Source: Vicugna vicugna (lineage: Eukaryota). From it: DNA of 64,000 nt. The position numbers and the translations under genes were made by a program. This document shows, piece by piece, positions 52,405-64,000 of the stretch (positions are counted from its first letter, which is position 1; each line of letters starts with the position of its first letter). The notes under the pieces were generated by a model that was not told where the DNA came from, made no database searches, and was given only the letters and a program-made list of their open reading frames with translations. The stretch is from assembly GCA_013265495.1 (NCBI GenBank), contig MU058213.1:3782001-3846000 (forward strand). The letters are read 5' to 3'.

Positions 52405-52560
52405 GTTTACTCCTCATAGTAACTCTGAGTTACTAGAATGGGAGTAATACTCCCACGCTACAGGTGAAATAGAGTGATTTGCCCAAGCTAGTAAGTGGCA
52501 GACCCAGCACGTGAACTTAGGCAAACGACTTGAGAGCCTGAGCTCTTAACCATGCTATAA
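52405..52560 (-). mobile_element. MIR SINE
   Basis: gtgatttgcccaagctagtaagtggcagacccag...gagcctgagctcttaaccatgcta. Confidence 0.65.
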
Positions 52561-52953
52561 GTAAATGTGGGAAACCAAAACTTGGAATTCCTTTAAACAA
52601 AGCAGGTGGAGGTAAAACTGGCCACTAAGTTTTGAAAACCACAACAGGGTAGGGGCTTTACTAGCTTGCTTCCTCCTGAGTATAGAAAAGAACCTGTCTT
52701 CCTTCGTGGAAAACTCCTCCATCGCCAACTTAAGAATTGATAACTCAGCGCACTACACCGGCCTATTCGGTTCCTGAAGCAGGACAGGTGTTACTAGTTA
52801 GCACTAACCACGGAGGGGCAGACTGCAGCGCCCACCCCGCGGCTCTCAGCCCCGCCCCAGCCTCGCGCTGTCCGCTACCAAGGGACGGGGCGTGGTCAGA
52901 ATCTTGCTCAGGAAGCTGCCCGAGTTGTGGTAACTCTCGCGGGAAGAGGCGTC

Positions 52954-52967
52954 GTCGCCTCGGTAAC
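52954..52967. promoter_or_regulatory. RFX X-box motif
   Basis: GTCGCC-TC-GGTAAC fits GTNRCC(N0-3)RGYAAC and lies ~20 bp upstream of the TEX9 ATG. Confidence 0.7.
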
Positions 52968-52986
52968 GGCGTCGTGGAGGCGAAAG

Positions 52987-53013
52987 ATGGCGGGGCGAAG
53001 TGTTGGCCTCAGG
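52987..53013 (+). CDS. TEX9: TEX9 (testis-expressed protein 9) coding exon 1, MAGRSVGLR
   Basis: ATG at 52987 in good Kozak context (AAGATGG) inside a CpG island. The peptide matches the recalled human TEX9 N-terminus MAGRSLCLT. Donor AGG|GTCTGT at 53014; phase 0. Confidence 0.85.
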
Positions 53014-53118
53014 GTCTGTTCAACTCTGCGTTTCTGGGTAGCGGCTCGTTACCGGGCGGGCCCGAGGTCGCCGAACCCCGTTCAACCTTGAGTCTGAAAG
53101 TGTTTGTCTCTTTTATAG

Positions 53119-53210
53119 AGTCGGAGCGTTTCAAGGACTCCGCTCCCGCCACGCGTTCAGCAACCTGCTACACCTCGTCGGGACCTCCTCGCCAAGGAGG
53201 AGGAATATAA
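53119..53210 (+). CDS. TEX9: TEX9 coding exon 2, [30 protein letters not shown](K)
   Basis: Acceptor tgtctcttttatag at 53118, donor AA|gtaaga at 53211, 92 nt. Aligns to recalled human [31 protein letters not shown]. Confidence 0.93.
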
Positions 53211-53729
53211 GTAAGAAACTTGGCGGTTCAGCTTCTCCATTGTTTCTTTCACGTGAATGAGTTGCTTACAAGTACTTTTCCTGGGGACTGAGTGGATCTT
53301 TGGGACCGCTCACTGTCCAACATTTTCTTCTCATCATCCCGTTCCCTTGCCCTTCTTTATCTTTTTAACTTGAACTCGCCGGAGTCCTAGTAGGTTTTGG
53401 AAGTGGGAGAAAATTTAACCCAAGCAAACGAGTTCGTCCGCAAGATGATAACTGCTATAAGTGGTTCGGATAGCAGGAGTTGCCATGAATAGTTGAGTTT
53501 CTAGTTTAAGGAATTCCACTTGGTTTCAGGTTCCTAGAGTTTACGTTTTAGTATAAACGTTTTAGAATTTCTTTTAGGTTTGATTTCGAAATTGAAAGCG
53601 TGTATTTCAAGGTAATTGGAATTACCGTTCTCATTTACATTTGGTGGGGTTGGGAGGAGGTTTTCTTTCCTTATCGGCTTTCAGTGTAATTACAACTATC
53701 CTCACAACACGTGCTTTTATTCTTGGACC

Positions 53730-54095
53730 ACTCCAGTTTTCATCCCCCAGTTTTCACACAGATGCCAGAGATATCTTTTAATTTGATCTTGTAACTCCCT
53801 TGCCCAAAACTTGGCGGTGGTTTCAGACTGCACTTTAAAACCTCTGTCAGATCTAGCTGCTGCCTCCTGTTTGATCTTGTCCTCTCTCCTTTTTGCCTAC
53901 CAGAGTGGCATTCCTTGACCATGCTAAGTAAGCTCCTCATTCTTCTTTTTTTTCTGTTTGATTAACTTTTATTTGCAGGTAGCATAACTTGTTATAGTCA
54001 ATTCATTTATTAGTTAACTTTTTGTCTGTTTCCTTCCCTGGACTGTGAGTTCCAGAGTTGGAGACCATGTCGTTTATTTGCCATTATATATACCC
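53730..54095 (+). mobile_element. L2 fragment in TEX9 intron 2
   Basis: tgtctgtttccttccctggactgtgagttccagagttggagaccatgtc is an L2 3' motif. Confidence 0.6.
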
Positions 54096-54849
54096 TTACC
54101 AAAAATATATATGTATTTTAACAATTCACTCCTTTTTAGTTTAAAGTAAGTTAATTAAAATTTGGAAAACCTCGTGACAATTCTTCAAATGGTTAAATGT
54201 AGAATTACCATATGATCTGTGCTTAAAATTAAAGCATATGTAAAGTTAAAACTGAAGTGTATTGTCTTTAGATAAACTAGACATACGCCAACTTGCCATA
54301 GCCTGTGGAAAGATAGTCTTCCTCTACTTGGTGAAATGGGCCTATTACTCCAATTAAAGAGTGTACTTAAGCAACAGGTCTGTTGTTCATAACAGTTCTG
54401 AATCAGCTGTGTTCAATTCAGAACAGTTACTTTCATTACCCTACACCAGATAGCACTAAATACATGCGTTGGTTAGGTTAATTCGTTTGATTATTTAAGG
54501 GTCTGCGCTTGACCCTCCTGTGTCATTAGGGATATGATCCTGCTTAAAGTCAGATTTCTACAGGAGCTAATCTATTTTAGCAAAAGTGGTTTTGTGGGAA
54601 AGGCTCCCAGTTGTTACTTGTTTGTTAGGTGTACTCTGAGGTGTGCAAATCTGAGGCATTTGAACAGAGTACCTCTTGGGCTCTGCTTGAAGTTTGTAGA
54701 TCACTATGCACAAGAGTAAAATGTCTGGCCATTCTTAGAGGCGAGAATATCAGTTCATAACTGTTTTGCCACATGTTGTCTTGATGTTAAGTATATGTGG
54801 ATATTGTTTCAATCATATTACTACATAAAAGCCTTGCATATGTAATTTC

Positions 54850-57800
54850 TTAAGGTACCTTATGGTTTTTGTTGCTATAATGAATGGCTTTTTTGCTTAC
54901 TGCATTTTCTAATTGGCTAGATGTATAGAAAAATTACTTATTTTTTATGTTGATCCTATATTTGTATTTATATAGATATAGATTTTTAGCTCTGCTGAAC
55001 TTATTCTGTAGAGTCCCTTGGGTTTTTGATAGACAGTTTTATCACATGCAAATTATGATAGTTTTGTCCCTTTACAATTTTTTGTGCATATTTTTTTCTT
55101 GATCTGGTTAGAACCTCCAGTGCAATACGGAATAGAAAAAATGATGATTAGCATCCATATCTTGGTTATGATTTTAAGGAGCCCACTTTTAATAACTTAT
55201 TACTACATTTAAAGTTTGCTATAGAGTTTTGGTAGATTGTTTTTTAATCAGGCTTAAGACCACAGTCTCTCTTTTTTTTTAATTGAAGCACAGTTGACTT
55301 GCAATATTATACCCTCAATTCATATTTTGAAATAATGTTAAATCATATCAAAACTTTTTTCCCCCAGATTAACTTGGGTGATGACATTTCTTTCACCCCC
55401 TTGTTTATTGTTTTAAAATACTGAACTACAAAAGCAGATTTTCAGTTTTCATTTAAAGACAGCTGGACTGATTGCTTTAATTTTACATGGTTTTTTTTTT
55501 TTTGCATCCATGCAACAAAAGTGAAATTGATCTTACACTTTTTTTTTCCAGTTCTTTCTGATTTTGATACCAGCATTATCCTAGCCACATAAAATAAGCT
55601 GAATAGTTTTACTTTTTTGTTTTGTTCTGTTCTTGGAAGCTGCTTGTAATCAGATATCATTTGTCCATTGATTAAGATTGTGAAACTGGGGGTTTTTTTT
55701 TTTTTTTGGCCTGTCAATTCACTTTCTTTAATAATTATTGCTTCCAGAGTAAATTTTGGTGATTTGCTACTTTTTTAGAAAGAAAAGGGTCCACTTTGTG
55801 TATGTTATAAAATGTGTTAGCATACATTTATTCTAGTTATACTCTTACATTTCAAGTCTTGACTCTCTCTCTATCATACACAAACCTTCTTTTGGGGACT
55901 TTTCTGTCTTGTTGTATATATTTTACTGGTCTTTTCAAAGAATTATTTTCTGCTAATATATGTGGTTTAAAATTTTTTTGATTAGTCATATCTTTATAAT
56001 TTCTATCTCTTCTAATTGTGATGGACTTATTTTTGATATATATCTTTTTATTTTTTAAGAAATACATTTAATTTCTGTATATTTCTTTCGAAGTACAGCT
56101 TATCAGTATTTAAGCACCTGTTTTGGTATATATTTCTTTTGTGGTTATTTAGTTTTAAATATTTTATGATTTTCATAGTGATTATTTTAGGAATGTGTTT
56201 TTGGTAGTTCCCAAGCATATATATGCTTGTTTATTTTATTTTTGTTGTTTTAAAATTCATTTTTAATTGCAGTATGGTCCGAGACTATATATAATATTTA
56301 TTTTCAAAAATGTATTGAAACTTTGTCGTGACCAGGTACTTGTTCAATTTTTGTAAATATTCTGTGTGTTCTTTGATAGAAAATCTATTTGTTGACTAGC
56401 ATCTTAGATCAAGCTAATTTTGCTGTTCATAACGGTTTCCTCACCATTTTTTCATACTAATTGTATTGGTTTCTGTTAGAGGTGTACTAAAATCAACTAT
56501 AATCATAATTTAAAAAATTCTGTAAGTGTGTCCATTTTGGGGGGCTACATTGTTTGATTTATATAAATCCTCTAGATGAATATTCCTTTCATTATTATAT
56601 AGTATCTTTATTTCTATTTTCATTCCTTTATTTTCAAACCTTTGATATCATTTAGCTTTATTAAGAACATTCCTTTTATATCCTCTCTGATAATAAGTGA
56701 ATTTATATTATTTTGTTTATTAATAGGAAGTTGTTTTGGCCATCTTATTTTTTGTTTTCCATAATATGCCTTTTCTTTGTTTCTTTTCTGTCTTCTGTTG
56801 GTTGAATGAGTTTTCGTTGTGTCTTTATTTTTCCTTTACTAGTTTAGAGAGACCTTGGAATGCTTTAACTTGGTTTCTGTAGTCTGCCAAGTTAGATAAT
56901 ACTTATTTCCTCTTTGTTTTGAATACCCTCTACCTATCATTTGTATATTCTGTACTGATTTATTACCATGTTTTCTTGTTTCTTTGTATCATGATTCTTT
57001 TTTTTCTGAGTTCAGTTTCCTCTTCCTGCAGCATAGACCATTCATTGTTTCTCTCTGTAAAAATCTGTCTTAAATTCTCCAGTCCTATCTGAAATTTTTG
57101 TTACTTTGCACTTAATCTTCAGATACAGTTTAGCTGAATATAGAATTCCAAGTAGCTAGTTTTCCCTCACCGACAGTCCATTAAAGATACTGTTTCATTG
57201 CCCAATGGAATCTAGAGATGTTGTTGAGCCATCTACTGTCAGCTTCTTAGTCATGAAGGTAGAATATTTTTCTTTCTTGTTTTTAAATATTTGCTTTGGT
57301 AATTTAAAGAACATTTTCCTTGTCTTTGAAGTTCTGCAGTTCTGCTATGATGTGTACAGGTGTAGATTTTTCTTAATTTTGCTTGAGATCCGTCATATCT
57401 TCATTTCTGGAAGATTCTCAGCATTAGCATTATCTCTTTTTTAAAAACGTCATATTGTCTTTGTTTTATGTCTCTTTGTATATTCTTGAAACTTCACGTA
57501 TTTGTCATCTTTCTCCTGTTTATTGAGGTATACTTGATTTATATATTAGTTTCAGGTGTTTAACAGTGATACAAAATGTTTATTAATTCTACTCCATTTA
57601 AAATTATTACAAAATATTACCTATATTTCCTGTGCTGTAAATATATCCTTGTAGCTTATTTATTTTATGCATAGCAGTTTGTACCTCTTAATCCTCTGTC
57701 CCTATCTTGTCTCTCTCTCCTTCCCTGTCTCCATTGGTAACCACTAGTTTGTTTTCTATATATGTGGGTCTGTTTCTGTATTGTTAAACTTACTAGTTTG

Positions 57801-60250
57801 TTGTATTTTTAGATTCCACATATAGGTGATAATACACAGTATTTGTCTTTCTCTGTCTGACTTATTTTGCTAAGCATAATACCCTCCAAGTACATTCATG
57901 TTGTTGCAGATGGCAAAATTTCATTCTTTTTTAATGGCTGAATGGTATTCCATTTTGTGTGTGTAAGTGTGTATATATATATTTTATATATCTATTTTTA
58001 TAGATCACATCTTATCCATTCATCTGTTGGTGGACACATGTTGTTTCTATGTCTTGGGTATTGTAAATAATACATGAACATTGTGGTACATGTATCTTTT
58101 TGAATTAGTGTCTTTGTTTTCTTTGGCTATATACCCAACAGTGAGATTACTGGGTCACATTGGAGTTCTGTCTTTAGTTTTTGAGAAACTGCCATACTGT
58201 TTTCCACAGTGACTGTACCAATTTACATTCCTACCAAGAGTATACAAGGGCCCCTTTCCTCCACATCCTTGCCACATTTGTTGTTGTCTTTTTGATGATG
58301 GCCATTCTGACAGCTGTGTGGTGATGCCTTACTGTGATTTTGATTTTCATTTCTCTGATGATTAACAATCTTGAGTATCTGTTCATGTGCCTGTTGGCCA
58401 TCTGCATGTCTTCTTTGGATAAATGTCTATTCACGTATTCTACCCATTATTAAATTGGGTTGTTTGGGGGTTTTTGATACTGAATTGTATGAACTATGAT
58501 ATATGTTTGGATATTAAACTCTTGTTGGGTATATCATTTGCAAATATTTTCCATTCAGTAGATTGTTTTTCATTTTGTCATTGGTTTCCTTTTCTGTGCA
58601 AAAGCCTTTAAGTTTAATTAGGTCCATTTTGTTTTTGTTTTTGTTTCCTTTGCCTTAGAAGATAGGTACGAAAAATATTGCTGTGATTTGTGTCTTAGAG
58701 TGTCCTGCTTATGTTTTTTTCTGGAGTTTTACGGTTTTCAGTCTTTAATCCATTTTGAGTTTATTTTTGTATATGATGTGAGAAAATATTCTGATTTCAT
58801 TCTTTACTTGGAGCCGTCCAGTCTTCACAGCACCACTTATTGAAGAGACCGTCTTTCCCCATTGTATATTTTTGCATAAAAAAGAATAAAAATACCTAGG
58901 AATAAATCTAAGGACGTAAAGGACCTGTACTCAGAAAACTATAAGACACTGATGAAAGAATTTAAAGATGACACAAAAAGAAAGACTTCATGGATTAGTA
59001 GAATTAATATTGTTAAAATGACCATACTACCCAAGGCAGTCTACAGATTCATTGTGATCCCTATCAGAATACCAATGGCATTTTTCACAGAACTAGAACA
59101 AATAATTTTAAAATTTGCATGGAAACACAAGACCCTGAATAACCAAAACAATTTTGGAAAGAAGAACAGAGATGGAGGTTTCACACTCCCTGCTTCAGGC
59201 TATACACAGCACATCTCTTCAAATATTGACATTTCCTCCTTCTCTGGGATTTCCTTCTGCCATATCTGTTAGGTAGATATAAGTCTGTCTTTATCATATA
59301 GTCTGTCTTCAATGGATGTTAACCTCTCTTTTGTATTTTTATCTTTCTGTTTCTTTGTACCTCCCTGAAGGTGATTTCCTCATATTTGTCTTCTAATTCA
59401 TTCATTTCCTTCTTCAGTTCATTCTGTTGTTCAACTTACCCAATGAGTTGATTTTTTAATTTCAGTGACTGCGTTCATTTGTGTAATTTCTATTTGGTTC
59501 TTTTCCAAATTCAGTGTTCTTTGAATATGTGTCTAGAATGCCTGGTTGTTGTATAATTGTTTTTATTCTCTTTTTTTAAATGAAAAATCGTATTTAAAAT
59601 TCTTTCCCAGATTGTTTTATTATCCTCTGTTCTTAGGGTACACATTTTGTTACATCTGCTGATTTTCCCTCTTGGGGACTTGTTTCTTAATGCAATTTGT
59701 TACCTTTGTGAAGTCATCTTTAGCAGAATTTGCTTTCTGAGAGAGTTCATATGTTCTAGATGAGTAAATGTCCCTAAGGGTGGTTTTGTATTTAACTTTA
59801 TTAGTTGATTAGAGTTCTCACTGGCTCTCAGCCAATTTTTCTATATTGAAGTTTTGGCATAGGGTCCCTAAACCATCTGGTAAGATGAACTTGCACCGCA
59901 GTCTTGTGTGCTCTAATTACTCACAAGAGAATCTTTTCCCTACGTGGCTCTAGTTTCACTTCCGTTCACCTAAGGTTACGGTTCGTGTTTTCGTCGTCTG
60001 GGGTTCGCAGGTGTAGCCCTTCATGATGCTCTCATGTGCGTCAGTTTCTAGCTGTTGAGCTGCTTTGGCTTCCGTTCCTGTTTACTGCTCTCACTTTGAG
60101 TTGCTGCTTTATTTTTAGTGCCAGGGTGTTTTCCTCGCCTGAGATCTGACTTTAACGGTATTTCCTCCAGTACATTTTATCCAGCATTTCTGTGGGTTTG
60201 GAAGAGAAAAATAGCCTTTTGAGTTATCTCAGTATTTGCTATATTGACCA
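54850..60250 (-). mobile_element. Very old LINE-1 (L1ME-like) in TEX9 intron 2, host to a younger insertion
   Basis: Degenerate antisense L1 motifs (ttagaacctccagtgcaata, ctgattttgataccagcattatcctagcc, gttctgcagttctgctatgatgtg). Confidence 0.65.
57439..59207 (-). mobile_element. 5'-inverted (twin-primed) LINE-1: - strand ~57518-58875, + strand inverted piece ~58876-59207
   Basis: Strand switch near 58875. ORF 58231-58434(-) and ORF 58952-59272(+) are both ORF2-derived. Candidate TSD AGCATTATCTCTT / AGCACATCTCTT. Confidence 0.8.
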
Positions 60251-61490
60251 GAAAGTTCCAATGGTTCTTATTAGGGAAATGTGAAAAATCAGGTAAAGGC
60301 ATCTTAAATACAACTTTAAGTCTTTGTTAGATATTTTTCTTTTGATTAACTCTTTCTAAGATACCAAAATATTTCTTGAAAAATCAGGTAGTTTTAAGAA
60401 GGGATATCATACTGCTTTTTCTCTTCCTGGGAGTTGGGGGTGGTCATCACTGGTTTGTGTTACTTCTGAATCACATATGTAAAAAAACAAACAAGATACC
60501 TGATTTTAAAATTTTCTTAGTATGTTTTCTCTATAAAACTTAAGAAGGGCCTCGAAGGTCTAGAAATGTGACCTGTGAGTAGAATTGAAAAGATACATGC
60601 TTTTGAAGATGTTTATTAAAGGTTAACTTTTGAAACTGAGAAGGGGAGTTGAACTAACAAGAGGAACAATTTAGTATATTATCTTAATTTCAACTTATTT
60701 GAATATTTCATTGCCATTGAAGGCCTTAATTATAAAGACTGTATAGAGATAAACATATTCTATCTGTATTATGGAAAATAGTACAAAATTGTGTATATAC
60801 TGCAGATGAAAATTAGAAGGGAATATTAAAAATAAAAATTGGATATGGTGGTAGGATTATGAACAGTTTTTCCTTTAAAAACAGTTTCCTTCAATGGCAT
60901 TACCATTCTTACAGTTGTAGTGGGGCCAAATAGTATTTCCCTTCTTTGCTAGTTTCCAAATAGAATGAAAAAGAAAAGGACTGCTAGGTAAAGCTAAAAA
61001 TAATCACCTCTATTTCTGATGAAACTGATATTGAAGTGTCTAGCCAAGGTGTGAGCCACTTCAGGTCTGCTCACTAAACCCCGGATTTACCTCCCCAGTC
61101 ACAGGAACCCCAGATGAAAACAGGCCTCTCCCCAGCTCTGCCCCACTCCTGTTCTCAGTAGGAGTTGATCCCAAGAAGATGGAGAGTGGAACTGAGTTGA
61201 ACTCACCCAGTTTATTCTTCCCAAATAAGTCATTCCACCTGAAGTAAGGGCCAGAGACAGGCTAGGAGTTATACTATTGAATTTCCACCACAAAGAAGGA
61301 ATCATGGGGATTTGGAGTTAAGTTTTCTGATTATGCTAACTCTAGTTATGTTAATTTTAGAATAAAAATATCATGTGTATGTTTTGGCATTTGCTGGTTC
61401 ACTAAGTGTAGTCACAGAAATGTAATTACTTTTTCTTTTGTGTTACAGTCTTCAGTATATCCCAATTATTAAATTTTTTTCTGCTTTTAG

Positions 61491-61554
61491 GCGTTTAAAT
61501 GCAGAATTAGAGGCAAAAACGGCTGATCTTGTTCGACAAGCCGAGGAAGTAATA
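61491..61554 (+). CDS. TEX9: TEX9 coding exon 3, (K)[21 protein letters not shown]
   Basis: Acceptor ttttttctgcttttag, donor ATA|gtaagt, 64 nt. Phase fits exon 2 (AA+G = Lys). Matches recalled human [21 protein letters not shown]. Confidence 0.95.
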
Positions 61555-63073
61555 GTAAGTAAATGTACAATTATTAGTAGTTCTGTGTAAATGCTAGTTT
61601 TTTAAGTTTTTATTTTGATGTATAACATTCATACAAAAAAGTGCCCAAAGCATAAATTTTCTGCTCAGTGAATTATCATAAATTGAACATCAATATACGC
61701 ATGTATATGTGCATGTATATGTTTTTGATAAGCACATATTTTCTAAAAGCCACTGAAAAAGTGTTTTCCATTTAGATATTCCAATGATCTTATTAATAAG
61801 GACATTAATATTTAATAGTATTTCCTCCTATTTTAAGATTAATATTTGAGGATAGCTATGTAGAATTAGTACTGGTAATTCAGTAAGAGGAGAAATGAAA
61901 TGGTCTCCAGACACAAGTTGAATAAAAGATAACAATTATCACTAACACTCAGATGGTAATTTGTTTCTTAAACTCAGCAGTTGGCTGAAACTCAAATTCT
62001 TAGGGCTAGAACACAATCAGATTTATAGTCAGGAAAAATGTAGTGAGGTTATCTCACTACACACTATAAGCATGTTTTGCCCCATTCTGACTACTAAAGT
62101 GGTTATTCCTATTTTAAGCATTCCTCCTTAAATGTCAGCATTCCCACTGTTGATAGGATATAGTAGTATTCCTTAGAGGAATAAAGTGGTTGCTTTCAAA
62201 CTGTTTTCAGTTTTTAGTCTAATTTAATTATAATTATCTTTCATTTAAATCACACCCCACCCCACTTTGGAGTTGATGTAGGCAGGAAAGAGTAAGCAGT
62301 ATTTTATTTTAATGCCTTATACACATCCATCATTGTTTGTTATGTTAGGAATGAGAAACGTATAACCTTTCAGGTAATATATTTAGATAATAGTTACAGA
62401 CTTTGCTAGTTGCATTTGTAATTACATATTGTACTAAAAAATAAGTGTATTTATTACATCTTTTAGTTTTTGTCATTGTCCAAAGAGCAGGGAAATATTT
62501 GAACAGAGAAACACAGTACTGGAGTAGAATGAGGGATTCATCATGTATTCTGCTCAGAGTCCTTGAATGGATATAACTTTTGCCACATTGAATTTTTGTT
62601 TTCTCACTTTCATTTCTTGATATATCCAAAAGCTTTCAATCTTGGTGCTTCATTTTTAGCGCTTTCATTTCTATGTGGTCTTCTTAATGTGGAAGTTTGC
62701 CTGATTTGAGACAAGTTTTTCTACCGGTTAAATAGATTTATGTTTTCATTTCTTACAAGCCTGATTTCCTTTGCATGTTACACAAGATGCAAGACTAATG
62801 TAGTTGGGAAGCAGGAGTCAAATGAGATCATATAAAGGCACTGACATTCTTACGATTTTCCCTTAGAATTGACTTTCTTAAACGAGAATGAGTGAAAGGT
62901 GAAACTAGATTGTCAGAGACCTTAGTTTTATACCATAGTTTTTAGAATTCTGTGCCTTGATTTTATAGAAATTTTGGACAACTCTGAAATGATTAATGAT
63001 CAGAAAGGCACTTGAATATATCCTAGTTTTGTGGGGTTTTTTCTATATGACTTATCTTTACTCATTTAACTAG

Positions 63074-63153
63074 AGAGATCAGCAAGAAGAAAGATCTAAG
63101 TCTATTTCAACACAAATTAAATCATATGAAGAGGAAGATGATTACAGTTTAAG
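63074..63153 (+). CDS. TEX9: TEX9 coding exon 4, [26 protein letters not shown](R)
   Basis: Acceptor ctcatttaactag, donor AG|gtaagt, 80 nt. Matches recalled human [27 protein letters not shown]. The gene continues beyond the window. Confidence 0.95.
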
Positions 63154-63219
63154 GTAAGTAATTTAAATTCTCAAATACCTTAAACTTTTTTTTTTTTTTA
63201 CTGGATAAATGCTTGAAGA

Positions 63220-64000
63220 TTTTTTTTTTTAAATTAGGGTATAATTGATATACATTATATTAGTTTTAGATAGGTAGTATAATGATTCAATATTTGTATA
63301 TATTGTGAAATGATCACTACAATAAATCTAGTTAATCCATTACCATAGATAGTTACAGAATCTTTTTTCCTTGTGGTGAGGACTTTTTAGATCTACTCTT
63401 TTAGCAGCTTTGAAATATGCAGTACAGTATTATTAAGTATAGTCACCATGCTGTACATTACACCCCTATGACTATTTTATAATTGGGAGTTTGTACCTTT
63501 TGACTTCCTTCACCCATTTCACCTACTCCTAACTAATCAGCTTCTGGTAATCACTAATCTGTTCTCTGTATCTGCAAGCTTGCTTTTGCTAGTTTTTAGA
63601 TTCCACATACAAGTGAGATCGAGTAGTATTTATCTTTCTCTGACTTATTTCATTGAACATAATGCCCTCAAGGGCCATCCATGTTGTCACAAATGGCAAG
63701 ATTTCATTCTTTTTTATGGCTGAATAATATTCCTGTATATAGGTACATATCTCACTTTTTTTAACCTATTAATTTGTTGATGTACATTTAGATTGTTTTC
63801 ATATCTATTTTAAATAACATTGTAAATCATGTTGCAGTGAACGTCAGGGTACATATATATAAAAAAAATTTCTTTGGGTAAATACCCAAAAGTGGGTTTG
63901 CTGTATCATATAATAGCTCTGTTTTTAATTTTTGAGGAACCTCCATACTGTTTTCATAGTGGGTGCACCAAATTACATTCCACCCAACAATGTACAAGGG
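63220..64000 (-). mobile_element. LINE-1 3' end in TEX9 intron 4 (runs off the window)
   Basis: T-tail followed by tataattgatatacattatattag...tttttgaggaacctccatactgttttcatagt. Confidence 0.88.

Larger units (their letters stand above)
52750..53250 (+). promoter_or_regulatory. CpG island / TEX9 promoter with GC boxes
   Basis: The only CpG-dense GC-rich stretch in the window. SP/KLF sites GCCCCGCCCC (52849-52858) and GGGGCGTGGTC (52887-52897). No obvious TATA box. Confidence 0.88.

Noticed and set aside
52737..53210. 157-aa ORF across the TEX9 promoter, exon 1, intron 1 and exon 2
   Set aside because: It starts at TTG, is in a different frame from TEX9, and is the kind of stop-poor frame expected in a CpG island. 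No recognisable homology.

Overview
Mammalian genomic DNA, AT-rich and dominated by transposable elements. It is most likely camelid: three copies of a short tRNA-derived SINE resemble the camelid Vic-1 family, and I saw no Alu, B1, Bov-tA/BovB or PRE-1. The only protein-coding gene I can support is TEX9 on the + strand, with a CpG-island promoter carrying an RFX X-box (~52.75-53.25 kb) and coding exons 1-4 (52987-53013, 53119-53210, 61491-61554, 63074-63153). These splice in frame to [87 protein letters not shown]..., and the gene continues past the window. The upstream 52 kb (the RFX7-TEX9 interval in human, from recalled synteny) holds LINE-1s of many ages, a decayed and internally deleted ERV-L provirus (gag-pro-RT-IN-dUTPase), MaLR/ERV solo LTRs, MIR/L2/CR1 relics and DNA-transposon relics. 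I found no convincing new gene system. The most unusual structures are retrotransposition products. The main one is a tail-less, stop-free 0.8-kb L1 ORF2 fragment inserted antisense next to the homologous position of an older L1, forming a long inverted repeat. Others are twin-primed L1s, a candidate 3' transduction, a TSD-bounded L1 lacking ORF1, and an LTR nested in an LTR. Repeat family names and human comparisons come from recalled consensus sequences, not a database search, and most repeat boundaries are approximate.
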